In this document: one piece after another, positions 25,812 to 38,712 of the stretch
How the letters are laid out: every line of letters begins with the position of its first letter
Numbering within the stretch: the first letter of the stretch is position 1
From: Nymphaea colorata
Taxonomy: Eukaryota
Assembly (NCBI RefSeq): GCF_008831285.2
Contig: NC_045138.2
Location: forward strand, 992,001 to 1,056,000
DNA length: 64,000 bases
Direction: 5' to 3'
Program-made: the position numbers and the translations under genes
Notes under the pieces: generated by a model
What the model saw: the letters and a program-made list of their open reading frames with translations, nothing else
Told to the model about the DNA's origin: nothing
Databases searched by the model: none

Positions 25812-27488
25812 ATGTTATTGAAAAGTGCACCTCTGTCGTACTACAGGGCACTACATGCTTCCTTGGTCTTGGCCAACTCTCACGGCCCTTCTCGTTGGGC
25901 CGCATTGATCCAGGGCTACGTCAATAATAAGAGTTACAGGAATGCTCTTCTAGTCTTTGCAGAGAAGCAGAGTCTCAATTTAAGAGTATCTCATCATGCC
26001 ATCATTCCCTTGGTACTCAAAGCCTGTGCTGCTCTGTCCTTTGCTTTTTCGGGAAAGACTATCCATGGGGATCTCCTCAAGTCAGGAACGGGGTGCAACC
26101 TGTATATCCAGACCGCTCTCGTCGATATGTACTCGAAATGCAAATTTCTTGTTGATGCCCGGAGAATATTCGATGAAATGTCTCAAAGAAGCGTTGTGTC
26201 TTGGAATGCAATGATTGGTGGATATGCAAAGAATGGTGACATGGGGAGTGCTTTGGAGCTTTTCGAGTTGATGCCCGAGAGGAGCTCAGTTTCGTGGACG
26301 GAGATGATTGATGGGTATGCGAGAATTGGGGAGACTGCAATGGCTAGAAAGCTTTTCGACCAAATGCCAGAGAAGAAGAGCGTTATCACTTGGACTGCAA
26401 TGGTTAATGGGTATGCGAGGAATGGAGAAATGGAAGCAGCTAGGGAGATTTTCGAAGAAATGCCTGAAAGGAACTTCTTTGCATGGAGCTCGATGGTGTT
26501 TGGGTATTGCAAGTGTGGGAATGTGATTGAGGCTAAATTGCTCTTTGGTCGGATGGAGGAGAGAAATTTAGTGAACTGGAACACGTTGCTTGCCGGTCTG
26601 ACACAGAACGGATGGTGCGAGCAAGCACTTGATGTTTTCCAGGAAATGAGGGCATCGGGCGTCAAGCCAGATGGAGTGAGTGTGGCAAGTGCACTTTCAG
26701 CTTGTGCACAGTTAGGTTCACTAGAAATGGGGAAAGAGATCCATCTTTTGGTCGAACAAATAGGAGTCAGATTGAACCAGTTTGTGTCGAATGCACTCAT
26801 TGATATGTATGCAAAGTGTGGGGATATTACAAAGGCGAGACAACTGTTCAATGAAGCACCCGAGAAGAACGAGGTGTGCTGGAATTCCATGATATCTGGT
26901 GTAGCCATTCATGGTCATGTTGAAGAGGTTTTGGAACTCTTTGGTCAGATGAGGTTGCAGGAAGTGGAACCAAACAGGTTGACCTATTTGGCTGTGCTTT
27001 CTGCTTGTGCCCATGCTGGATATGTCCAGGAAGGCATGGAACTGTTTGCATCCATGCACAAGAATCACAAGATTACAGCAGGAATCGAGCATTACGGTTG
27101 CATGGTCGATCTTCTTGGTCGCGCAGGTCTGCTTGAAGAGGCATATGAATTTATCAACAGCATGCCCATGAAGCCAAACTCTGTAATATGGGGAGCCATG
27201 CTTGGAGCATGTAGAGTGCATATGAACATGGGGTTGGCACAGAAGGTTGTGGAGAAGGTAACAACAGAACAATGTGGTGATGATGCGCGTTATGTTCTTC
27301 TGTCAAACTTGTATGCAGCCTCTGCTCAATGGGAAGATGCTGAGAAAATGAGGATAATGATGGCAAAAAATCAGATTGAGAAGGTACCTGGCCACAGTTC
27401 CATCATGGCCTCTAGCAATGTTGAATATCAGTTTCTTTCTGGTGCTCATTCTGAATCTCAAACTCGTCAACTATATGTAGGGAGATGA
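25812..27488 (+). CDS. PLS-class pentatricopeptide repeat protein, E/E+ subgroup (no DYW)
   Basis: Intronless 558-aa ORF; VVSWNAMIGGY repeats, LIDMYAKCG, IEHYGCMVDLLGRAG, PG box EKVPGHSSI; no deaminase domain. Confidence 0.93.
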   Translation: MLLKSAPLSYYRALHASLVLANSHGPSRWAALIQGYVNNKSYRNALLVFAEKQSLNLRVSHHAIIPLVLKACAALSFAFSGKTIHGDLLKSGTGCNLYIQTALVDMYSKCKFLVDARRIFDEMSQRSVVSWNAMIGGYAKNGDMGSALELFELMPERSSVSWTEMIDGYARIGETAMARKLFDQMPEKKSVITWTAMVNGYARNGEMEAAREIFEEMPERNFFAWSSMVFGYCKCGNVIEAKLLFGRMEERNLVNWNTLLAGLTQNGWCEQALDVFQEMRASGVKPDGVSVASALSACAQLGSLEMGKEIHLLVEQIGVRLNQFVSNALIDMYAKCGDITKARQLFNEAPEKNEVCWNSMISGVAIHGHVEEVLELFGQMRLQEVEPNRLTYLAVLSACAHAGYVQEGMELFASMHKNHKITAGIEHYGCMVDLLGRAGLLEEAYEFINSMPMKPNSVIWGAMLGACRVHMNMGLAQKVVEKVTTEQCGDDARYVLLSNLYAASAQWEDAEKMRIMMAKNQIEKVPGHSSIMASSNVEYQFLSGAHSESQTRQLYVGR

Positions 27489-27852
27489 CCAGTGTATGCT
27501 TTTATATATGAACATCTATTAATATCTTTGGTATGTACATTGGTAGTTATGCTCCGGAAGAACTATTGCATAGTTGGTTGTTTTCAGACGAGTACGTTGC
27601 ATCATCAATCAATGCTTCTAGTGTAACAAAAGAAGACTTGCTCATTACAGGGTCAGAGAATCCTCATGTAGAGCTGAATATAAGTAGACGATAACAGTGA
27701 CAAAATTGTACATTGGACATGAGGTTTTAATAATACATAACAATGCACGGATCCTTGTATACATTAATTTCTAAAGAACATCAATCTCTTGCATGGCTTA
27801 ATCTTCCAACAAGGTCCTCCTTAGTCCCTCCTCAAGAATCTGTGTTTTCTGC

Positions 27853-30292
27853 TCAAGTGACTCGAAATGAACTGGAGATCTCCTTTAGATCCTTATAATG
27901 TCTTTTCCATTGAAGACCTGCAGAAAAATGGCCAATTTTACAAAGCTATAAGAACCATGATGGATCCTAAAAAGCTAGAATCATAAATTTAATTTAACGC
28001 TTACCACTTCCAGTTATGCCAAACATATACAGTCGGTTGCCAGCAGCAGTTGCACTAATAAGGACGTGGGGTGGTTCCAGCTCATAATGATAATATTTCC
28101 TACCAAAATGTTCAGTCACAGCCATGCTTAAAACTTTTCCTTCAACATTTTCTCCAGTGATTTCTGGCCCAAATGCATTAATCACTTTTTCAGGAGGTCC
28201 AATATCTTCAATTTTTGCATCTTCTCCAAGATCTATGATAAAAAGTTGACCATTTCATTTCAGCACCAGCTCAGAATGATCAAATTGCAAATAAATTTTC
28301 AAAAACAAAAGAAATGAGAGCTCAATTTCAGAAACCGATTCAAGAATTGCCAAACACATCATAAGTCAACCGTGAGCTACCATATGATGCACAAAGTGGT
28401 ATTGTCCCCCACCATGAAATACAAGACCGTAAGTTCTGTTTCAGTTCGTTTTGATATTTTAAGTTTCATGAACCAGGATGCCATATCACAAATTCTATGC
28501 ATGTATTTCTAGATGTACTTATTTCTAGGGCATCTAAGCATGGAAAAGATGCATGAAATACAGCCATATCAAGTGGTCAGTAGAATTTACTGGAGCATTA
28601 CTGTGATGGATCTGCATGCACCCATAGAAGATAACCAGGGAGTAGGTGAAACTGTGAAAGGAAAGCATTTAAATATTGGCAGATGGAGACAGATATATTG
28701 AGAGACAGGAACAAAGATAATAAAGGCTTGCATAGTGAATAAGAAACCAATAGAATGGTTGTCATAAACACGAAGGGAGCTCCAGAATAGGAAAAAGCAA
28801 TAACTACACTTTCTGCTATACTTTTTCCATGAGTAGCACTTGAAGTTTACATTTTAGCACAAAGTTAGCGGTTTTAAATTGGACTTTGTACTGTTAAGCT
28901 GCTATTGTTTGCTTAAAGTATGGTAATTGTGTTGCAGTTTATATTATTTATGATGTTTGCATCCATCAATGCATTGAGCAACAAATGCTTGTACATTGTA
29001 ACAAGACATAGGAAAATCTACATTTAACAAGAGCAGCAAGAGATATAGAACTTAAATAAGGAAAATGAAATAGAAAGACAGATACTAAAGTACCTGCAAA
29101 TCTAAGGACAGGTGCAACAACAACAAATAATCGGCCTTCTTGGGGGTTAGCAAATCTCAGATCAATCTCTGTGCCACCAAGGTCTGCAATCGACACAGGA
29201 ACCTGTGACATGAAATCACATACATTCAGACCCTCAGACCACCAATAGAATCTCATGGAATATATTTGGGTCTATAATAGCCATAAGAATTTTTTAGCCA
29301 GTTTAGTAGCAGATTGGAAATGTTCGTAGCTGCTTTGTGAAGTACTGTACCTCTTCCCAGTTGGGAGGAACTGAAAATGTGTAGGGTATAATTGGACTCC
29401 ACCCAACACCATGACCCCCAGACTTCTCATCTGGCCTCCTGTAGGTCCTCCAACCTGTCTGAGCAAACACTTTCCCATTAAAGAATGCCCAAGTGCGTCA
29501 AATAAAATTTACTCAATAATTTTCTTAAAGGGATTCAAGCGAATTGACAGAAGGACAAAAAGTCATATATAGACCACCGACTTTGCAGCCTAAAGCTTAA
29601 CCATCACAAGAGTCGGGTAATCATTTTTCATGCATAAGATAATTAGAACAAGTCAGTTGATATAAGAGAATATCGTATGAATGCCAAAAGGTTGGTATAA
29701 GAACTAAACAAATGAAATAAAATAGAGAACCCAGTAGTATATTGTCAAGTGGTTAGTCACTGAAATAATCTACAAAGGCGATGAAAACGAAAAGAATAAA
29801 GAGGAGTCCCTTCTAAGAACGAAACAAGCATCATATGTCTTAAGTGGGCGGTCCTTGAAATACTCTAAACAGGTGAAAAATAAAAAGAGAGTTCCGCAAG
29901 AAGATTGAAATGGGCGCTGATCATATGACAGAAGAAAACCAACCTCTTTCGTCAGGGCCAGATAAACCAGGAATCCTCCCTGCCAAGAGACCCTGCTTAA
30001 CTACTGCAGATGCATCTTCTTCAAATCCCAAAACAGCACACAACAATGAAAGCCCAGAAGCAATTGCTGACCTCCTTCCACACAAACCAGACGATTTCAG
30101 GCCATTGCTGGAAGCAGGTTTCTTCTCTTCTACACACTCGTCAATCACTGAAGCAGCACTGCCATTAACGGTGGAAGATCTAACGGCAGTGGGTCTCTTT
30201 GCAGAGTGGCTAGAACCATCGGAAGATCTGATAGCCGAGAAGCAACTTGATAAGAACTTGGTGTTCAATTCGGCTGCTGCTAAGGGAATCAT
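27853..30292 (-). CDS. PPD4: Thylakoid lumen PsbP domain-containing protein 4 (5 exons)
   Basis: Exons 30292-29944, 29454-29351, 29202-29094, 28232-28005, 27917-27853. Bipartite transit peptide with RR motif and ASA cleavage before VVKQGLLAGRIPGL; GWRTYRRPDEKSGGHGVGWSPII and LQWKRHYKDLK match recalled Arabidopsis PPD4. Confidence 0.92.
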
Positions 30293-31120
30293 TACGACTG
30301 GAAGTAGATAAGAAACTGAGACAGAGCTTTGAAGGTCCTGATGAATCCTTCCTTTTCTGGAGACGTTAAGTAAGCAAGTGGGCTTCTCTCCAGTGGCAGA
30401 GATGCATCGTGGCGACTTCTGGATGGAAACACAAAGTGCGGCTCGAAAAAGCAATCCACCGAATAAGAAGATTTTTTGTTTTTAACCAAAGGACCCACAA
30501 ATTCTCCGAAATTATTCCGTGTAGAATCGTATCTTACCGCTATTCTATAACACATGATCCCTTGTTACGAGAAATAAACTTTGCCAAAATTGGTGGTATT
30601 ATAAATTGTTTTGGGTCAAGTCGAATTAATTCTTTAGTTTTTTTCGGGGTTGTTTGACATTAGAAATAAAGTATGAATGTTCTATAAATATGCTTTCAAA
30701 CGAAAATAAATTCATGAATTAAAGTAGATTTATGAAACATAATGCCGAATGCCAAACGGTGCTTTTATTTATTCCGAGTCGTGACCAGCGACTCGTGACA
30801 ATTGATATTACCCGAACCGACCCGTAACTTGCGGACCATGGACAAACGCGGAGGCGCGAACTCCTGAATTCTTCCCGCCAAAACGAAGCCCTCCTTCTAG
30901 CTTCTGCCCGAATCCTCTCTGTCTCTCTCTCTCTCCTCTGTAACAACCATTTCCTCTGAGTAATCACCTCTCTCTCTCTCTCTCTCTCTATAAAGAGGAA
31001 GAAACGAAGTGGGAAGAAGAGAAGGGAGAGGCTAGCGAAAGGGACTCTTAAGAGTCGGGCGCAATCTTGGTCATCCAGGTCGCAGAAAAACAGCGGGCAG
31101 CTACTCCGGGAGCCGCCGAG

Positions 31121-34100
31121 ATGTTCTATTCTCACTTCATTCTCGCGAGGAAGGGCCCATTGGGGACGGTGTGGATGGCTGCGCATCTCCAGAACAAGCT
31201 ACGCAAGTCTCAGGTTACGGAGACGAACATTTCTGCTTCCATCGGTGGGTCTTTGTTCCCACTCTCTCGCTATCCCTCTCAGTTAGGTGTTATTGGAGAA
31301 TTCTTTTGGGGTTGTTGTTGTTTTGCTTATTACATTGTTCATTTATTGTTCCATTTGTTCTTTCCGGGTTTGACTCCTATATCTTTCCCACTTACTGCTT
31401 CCAAAAGGATCTCAGGTACCAGATTTGGTAGCTTTGGCAAAACCCTAAGAGAAATCCGAGTTTTTGGGAATTTCAATGGAACCATTTGGGTTATATTTCC
31501 ATTTTTCTTTGAGGACTACTCTATGTAAATTAATTAATCGAGAGCATATATCTGTCCGTGAATCTGTCGAATTAAGTGGTGTTAAGATTTTAGTAGAAGG
31601 TGTCGTTGTTGAAATCAGTCTTATGAGTTTTTGCTGACGTTTGTTCTAAAGTTGAAGGCTGACTCCTAGGGGGGCTAATATTATGTTATTTTATTTTTCA
31701 GCTTCTGCTTTGAAGTATAAATCCGTTTGTATGTCCTTTCTATGCAAAGTAATATTCATTTCGTGTTCCATATTTGTGGAAAGGACTTCTGCACTTCTTC
31801 TGACCAAAGAATCATAAATTTTCGAGGCTTAGGGAGTTGATGCAGAAAAAGTGAATTTTATCATTCCATTTTTTAGCTAAAATGGCGATCCAGCTGAAGT
31901 ATCGATCTTTTCTGAAAATTAACGTGTCAGTTGAACCTCTCTGCTACGTTTGACGTTTCCTTCTATTATATCTTCGTTTATCTTTCATTTTTGTTCATTC
32001 ATTTTTGAAATACTATTTTAGCAGACTCGATCATGTTCCCGGAGGTTCCTATTGCGCTGAGATTATCTGGCCACCTTCTACTTGGTGTTGTAAGAATATT
32101 TTCGAGGAAGGTTGACTACCTTCACCATGATTGTAATGAAATATTGACGAAGCTGAGATATGCATTTGCCTCGATAGAAATTGACCTGCCAGAAGATGCA
32201 TCAACTGCGCCTATCCACACTGTCACAATTCCAGAGACTCTGGAACTTGATGCCATTAACCTGGATCAAGCAATGTATGGAGTTACTGAGTAAGTCCATA
32301 TAGTTATTGCTACTGCATCTTGTGAAGTTTTTCAGGTTATGCATTACATTAAATAGTGTTAACTTCTTCTTATTGTTTTAACAGGTTTCAGGACATCCAT
32401 ATCAGAACTCAGGAAGATATAACAATACCAGGTCTTCCTTCCTTCCAAAGTCTAAATATATTATTCTGTAATTGTTTGTGTTGAAATTTACTGAGATCAG
32501 CCCAAAGCAACTGAAACTTTTGGACTGAAATGCTTCTCAGTCGGGGTTAGTCTTCCCCAGGAGCATCTCAGTCCAATGACGTCCCCTTGGGATGGAAGAG
32601 TTGACTGCATTATGCTGGGAGACTAGCTGCATCTTAGGAAAACCTAGTCAAAGCTTGACGCCTCATCATGCCCTACTAGTTTTTTTCCTCTAAAAATGGC
32701 AAATTGTTCATTTCAATCTGTCGAGTGATTGTTTTCCTTGGTCTCTTGATTTGGTTGGTGACCCGTTTGATTTGTCAGTATCTACATAGTTTGAAAATTA
32801 GGAGCTTTTTAATAACCTTTTCTCTTCTGTGAAATTATCAGATAAAGTTTGTGGAGAAGAAGAGCTGTATGCCACTTTTAATATAAACGAGGTATTCATG
32901 TGCTTAACTTTCACCTGACATCCAATTGGACTCAGTGATTCACATTTTTATTTCTCGTGCAGGAATCCAGTTTTGACAGAATTGAGGAGACAGTTGTTGC
33001 TGATTTTGGTCCCTCGTATATGGATGTAGAGTAAGCACATCATGTTTGATAACCCCTTTAGTTCACGGTTCTCTTTGAAAATGTGGGCATGTGTTAAGGT
33101 CGGTGGATAGAAGTACACACTACCTTGACCACAGAATCAGGGATCTGAAATTGCACCAGTGTTGAAAGCTGACTAATGGCTTCCCTGAGGTGTGTCTGAA
33201 ACTACTGATGACCTTTGTCTGACCACAGGCAAGAGGAGGTTCTGGCTAGGTGCTGCCATAATGAAAAGTCAACCTAGAGTACTGTGATTTGATTGAATAC
33301 TGACTCCTGAAATAAGCTGTAAATTTAATATCAAGTAGTACACGGATGCATATGTTTTACTTGCTAGTTCGGCTTGAACTATTTTTAGCTAATAGTGACA
33401 ATTGTGGCAGTTCACATCCTTATTTTCCAAGTTACGGCGATGTTGCTGCTGATGATCCTACTACAACAGTCAACGTTGACAAGCACGATGAACAGCACTA
33501 TCAGTATGACATTGTTAGAGAAGATATAGAGATGGAGATTATGCGTGATGCTGTAAATGTTTCTGGGTCAACACAGGTTGTTAGTGAATTTCAAGATCTT
33601 GACAAGACCAACGAAGAACCTCATGTACTTGGTGACCAAGTTGCTGAGGATCGCCACCTCTCTTTTATCAGTGAAGAAACTCCAACACGTTTGGCATCTT
33701 CATCACCTAATTCACATCAGTTACCCAAAGATTTCTTCTTACCAGAAGCTAGCAAGGAGCAGGAGAACAATTCATTTGGTGTGTGTTCCTAATAGATTAG
33801 ACTATTTAATAACCTTTTCACCTTCATTTATTATTTTCTGTTGTCAGAACTGCATAGTTGCAAATGCTAACTTGTAGGTGGTGTCTGAAACAAATTGTCA
33901 GCTTTGATCCCAACGCCACCAGCTCAACAGCCAGCAACCAAGCCAAGAAAGGCAAGAAAGAGAAAACAACGGTTTGATGAGGTCATTGTGTTAAGTAATG
34001 AGTAAGTGTATTTTCTGATGTATCATTTTGTTTATGTTTTTTTTTTTTCATCTTCATCATTTTTGCATAGAGCCAGCTAATACTTCCATTTATGTTCTGT

Positions 34101-36518
34101 TAATAAACATACTTTTTCAATTGAGTTTGTTTTATTAGATTAGTAATTAATAAGCTCTTCCTCCCCTTGTCTGATCCTTTATAAACTGCAATGTTAGGTA
34201 TAGATTTTGCAATTGAATATTTTCTCTTAATTGATTGAAAAATAACCATATAGTTTAATGGAAATTGGAAAGTACCGGATCAGAGAGAAGATGAAATTCT
34301 CATCTTTGTATTACAAATTATAGGTCCATGAAGAAGCAGCTAGATGACACACGGAACTTAAAGCGCAAAAGGAGAGCTCCTTGCACTGCTGTAAAGATTC
34401 TGCTGTCTCATAGGAACTCTCGCTGGGAGCAAATTTTTCAAGAACCCTTGATTTCTGGTAAGCTGGTTGTTGTGGTTTGATGTTCAGTGTCATGTATGTG
34501 GTCTTGTTTGACATGCATTACTAACATGGTAAGTTGGTTTGGACAAGTTGAGAATTTGAAGCGTGAGAGGATGCTTGATTGAAGGCAAAAGGTTACCTAC
34601 TGCAGAACTTTTGCCAAAAAATGTGGGCCACATATTCTAGCCAAAATGAGGAAACATTATTGTAAGTCCGCAATGCCACTTTTTGCCATAAAAACGGGAC
34701 AAAATTTTTTCGCTAAAAGGAAGGGCAAAACGTTTCTTCAGATTTTTATTTCCAAAGATTTTGCATAGGCGAAAAATTTTGCCTGGTAAAGCTTTTACCA
34801 GCAATCAACTGCCCTTTAAGGGGTGTTAAGTTGATTTGGACTTAGGAGTTAGGGTTCAGCTGAGTTTAACTTGTGCTTTCATGACTTCTCTGGGACTGAG
34901 GGTGGTGCAAAATCAGAATCTATGTCGTGCATGAACTTTTTTTTCTTTTTTCTTTTCTCTTTATTGTTGTTGCCATGGCTTCAACTGCACTTAAGATACA
35001 AAATTAAGCTATGAGATCCACTCTATTCAGGTATGTCTGCAAAACTTGAGGACTTGTTGAAAAGGAAGCATTTCCCCCCACTGATTGGTCAATCTTCTAG
35101 CGAGGTCAATTTTGAACATGGAGAAGCTGAACCTCCTATTAGAACTCCAGTGGATGAGCTTGAAATCGAACAGCCCAGATGTGAGGTTGGCTACAGTAAT
35201 GATATCGCTGCTGAAATCCTACCCTCTAAGAACTTTACTCCCTCAACTGCAGCAACTTTGGAATCAGCAGTTCACACAGAAAATGATTCTAGGATGGGGT
35301 TTGATCCTGAAAGAGAAGTACCAGCTTCTGCTGAGCCAAATCTTTCTGGTATAGATGAATCTGCTATGGATGATGCCCATCAGTTTACTCCAGAAGAGAC
35401 CCCAGAATTTAGGCTTAGACACAGTTCCGAGGTTAGTTGTTTCTGAAACTTTTAATATTACAGAAATATACTTTCCATCTCCTATGCCAGTTTCCAGGCA
35501 GCATTTCGGGGACATAATTCTAGCTCTTTTCTGGATCATGGTAATCTCTCGCTTTGGATATGTATATCTGAACACTACTTTGTTGCAGGATCTGGATTGC
35601 TTAGAAGCAGATGCCTCTCAAACTGGTAAGATGGAATCATGGAACACAATAACTTACTCTTGTAATGCTTATTTAGATAGCTATGATCACTTTTTTTTTC
35701 CCATTTTGTCGGAATAATTAATGAACTAAAATATTGATCAAACTTGTTAAAATTGGCCTGACTGCCTACCGTATTGCAATTCATTACCTGATTGACGAAA
35801 GGCTTCAAACTGACCATTTGAAGTTTCCATCAGTTCCATCTATTATTAGACAAAATCATTTCATGTGAGCTGTCTCTCCTGTTGCAGGAACTACACTAGA
35901 CAGGGTTGAAAGCTGGTCTGTGAGAACCAGGTATGTGACACTACATGGACCACTCGTTCTTCCTTATGGATAAGGCTAGCCAGTGTCTCTAAAGTTGAAC
36001 TTTGCGTTAGGGCTGTAGCGCAGTATCTGAAGAAGTCTTTTAAGGGTCCACTAGATTCGCCAGGAAGGTTGAACTTAAGCAATATTCTGGAAGGACGAAG
36101 AAGAAAAGAATGTGCCCGCATGTTCTATGAAGTTTTGGTAATAGCTGCATTTTTGCTTGAAGTCATACTTTAGTCAAACATTACTCACATTGTACATGTA
36201 ATTTTGCTTGCATAAACAGTTAGTTAAACATATGCCTGTTTTGTAAGTAACTGGACAGAAAAAAACTAATAACAAACATTTTAAGTGAATGAATTTGTCA
36301 TCATTTTCTTACATTTTTTTTTAATTTTTCAATGCATTACCTTATTTATATTTGTTTTTTTCCTCGAACTTGAAGTCTAACCACATATGCTAAGGCATTC
36401 ATCTTATTTGATCTTGTAGGTTTTGAAAAGCAGGGGTTGTATTGAACTTTACCAAGAAAAGCCTTACGATGACATCACGATCTCTCAGGCACCTGGTTTG
36501 ACAAATACTTGCTTGTGA
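31121..36518 (+). CDS. SYN3: Cohesin alpha-kleisin (RAD21/SCC1 family), most like SYN3 (13 exons)
   Basis: Exons 31121-31244, 32025-32289, 32385-32431, 32842-32891, 32963-33030, 33411-33778, 33902-34001, 34324-34457, 35031-35431, 35589-35625, 35888-35930, 36011-36137, 36420-36518 join in frame. Rad21_N MFYSHFILARKGPLGTVW...ALRLSGHLLLGVVRI; winged-helix C-terminus RKECARMFYEVLVLKS...QEKPYDDI. The paralog assignment is less sure than the family. Confidence 0.88.
34567..34816. mobile_element. Tourist/PIF-like MITE in kleisin intron 8
   Basis: Imperfect TIR GGATGCTTGATTG / CAATCAACTGCCC, GGCAAAA/TTTTGCC internal motifs, TGA/TAA flanks. Confidence 0.55.
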
Positions 36519-38440
36519 CTTGGTTTTTTCAGTTTTGAGGTAAAGAGCGGGAATCTCTACTTCTGTTTCTTTAGCCTATAGAACAGCAACAGCCAAACTG
36601 TGTTCTAGTCTTCCTGCTGAATTTTGCAGAAGCATAATCATTAATCAAAACTTGTGGAAAAATGTGTTGAACCTTCTATGAAATTTCATCTGATATTTCA
36701 AAATTTCATGATTCAAAGACTGATATGAGAAATATATTACACCCGAAAGGTCTTTGCTTTGAAATGCCATATTATTGTCCCAATATTACTGGGAAGAAAA
36801 GATGTGCTTTGGTGGTACTTTTGTATGTTTTATATATATTCATAGTTTTACATAAGCTAAAATATTTTTTTTCCCCTACAAAAGCATTTTGAGAGTACTC
36901 TGGTAAGGGGTCTTCTGAAGCTGAGTTGAACAAAGCCGATCTTGTTTATTCAACTTTCATTTCTACTCAAATGATCCAGTTTATAAGCTCTAGTTAAAAC
37001 CATCAGAAGCCCAATCTAGTGTCCTAGATCGTTAAAATGAAATTTTAATTTGCAGGAATTAGAACAAAACTTAAACTCCTATGCAGATTGAAATATTTTG
37101 CCTTTCCAGAAAAATCAAATTTGTTTATACGACAAAAAAGTTTGTAAAATGGGCACATGATCTAATTACCTATCACTTTATGAACCTTACCAAGTTTATG
37201 ATAAAGCTAAAGTAAGCGATGTTGCAAATCATGTAGTGATCTACAGTCATGCCTGCAACATATTAATTTTATTGACAATACCATGCTGCCTCAGCTTTTT
37301 CCCTCTACCTTCTCTAATCTCTATATCTTGTTACACCTTTAACTATTCTTTCCTTCTGATAACCGGTGTAGTATCTTTTTTGCAGCTTGCTATCCAGGGA
37401 GCTGAGATTTTTGTACAGGAGCCGGAAATTGTTCCACAAGTTTGATCAAGATCACTTTATCTCAGCATCCATCGGTCCCTCTTCATTTTGTTAGTATCTT
37501 TTTCTAATAGGTTCTTTTTATTATTTTTAATTAATAATTATGTAATATAATATATTTATTTATATGCTACCTGCTTTCTTTGCTGAGCATCTTCATGAGT
37601 GCAATGAGGCTATCGGGGCATAAAAATATGAAATAAACCGGTCTTTCTAGATGTCTTTTGTTCGAGTAACGGCGATCGTCTCTTTAGGTGGTTAAGCTTC
37701 AAAGGTAGGGCAGTGTGGACCAAATATTGACGGAACTAAATTGTAAACCTTTTGACCATGCAAGTCTTCATTTGTAAATTCGAGGAAATGTCATTTAGAG
37801 TTCTCTCTCTAGACCATAAGCCCAAGAATGAACCTCAGTTTTTTGAAATTCTTGATACTGGCTCAACTTTTGCTGATAGCTGCCAAATGCGGAACTGGTG
37901 AGATTTTGTACTTCTCCATGATAGCATTTTAGGGACAGAAGTGGGTAGATCTCTCTCAAATCAAGGAGATATTGTCATCTATCTCAGTCTAATTGGGTTT
38001 TATTATTATTATTATTATTGAAGTTGTGGCTGCATTTTTAAGATAGGCTCATAGCTGGTATTGTCGGACGGTTTGGGGGAGACCGGCGTTCTGGGGTTGC
38101 GTTCACCAGTGAGGCCAAGTTCCTTAAAACAGTCATGAACTTGATTAAGGTTAACATCTGGTGGGACAGAATCAGCGGGTCGTCCTGTCTGAAGAAATTT
38201 GATTTTCAAAGACCCCATTTTAGTCCCGTTGAGTCCTGTGTGCAACTTGGATCAGAAATTCTACGTTTCTAGTGTAGCCGGCAGACGCGCCTCTTAGTAC
38301 AGCAACAGATCGGTGTGGTTATGTTATGTTTGCAATATGACTCCGACAGTTGGGATTTTGTATTGTTTCGTCGATATTTTTGCACCGTTTGGACTTAAAA
38401 CTTATTGAGCATCCTATACCTGTGAAACCAATCAGTTTTT

Positions 38441-38712
38441 CTTTTCCTTGGAAAATAATGTATATCAATTCAAGATTGAGGCTATAATGTTGTCCCAGTT
38501 ATTATTCTGTGAATACCTAAGAACGTATTATTTTTTAATATTTGGGAACTTGACCTCACCAAAAGGGGGTCTGCGGATTCATCTAACCTTACAAAAGTAC
38601 GTACAAGTCCCCACAGCTTAAAAATCTAATACGCTTTTAGGCGCAGAATAATAATTGGAACAAAGATTATAGCCTCAATCTTGAACTGATACAATTCTAT
38701 TTTCTAGATGAA
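38441..38712. repeat. Long inverted repeat (foldback), ~115-bp arms
   Basis: TCAAGATTGAGGCTATAAT pairs perfectly with ATTATAGCCTCAATCTTGA; pairing extends imperfectly on both sides. Confidence 0.85.

Noticed and set aside
26183..27366. Long ORFs antisense to the PPR (likewise 16406-17957, 29910-30311, 62289-62726)
   Set aside because: Shadow or alternative frames of real coding exons with no recognisable domain.
33871..33901. Apparent in-frame stop in the kleisin if the TAG acceptor at 33877 is used
   Set aside because: The CAG acceptor at 33901 restores the frame, so this is not evidence of a pseudogene.
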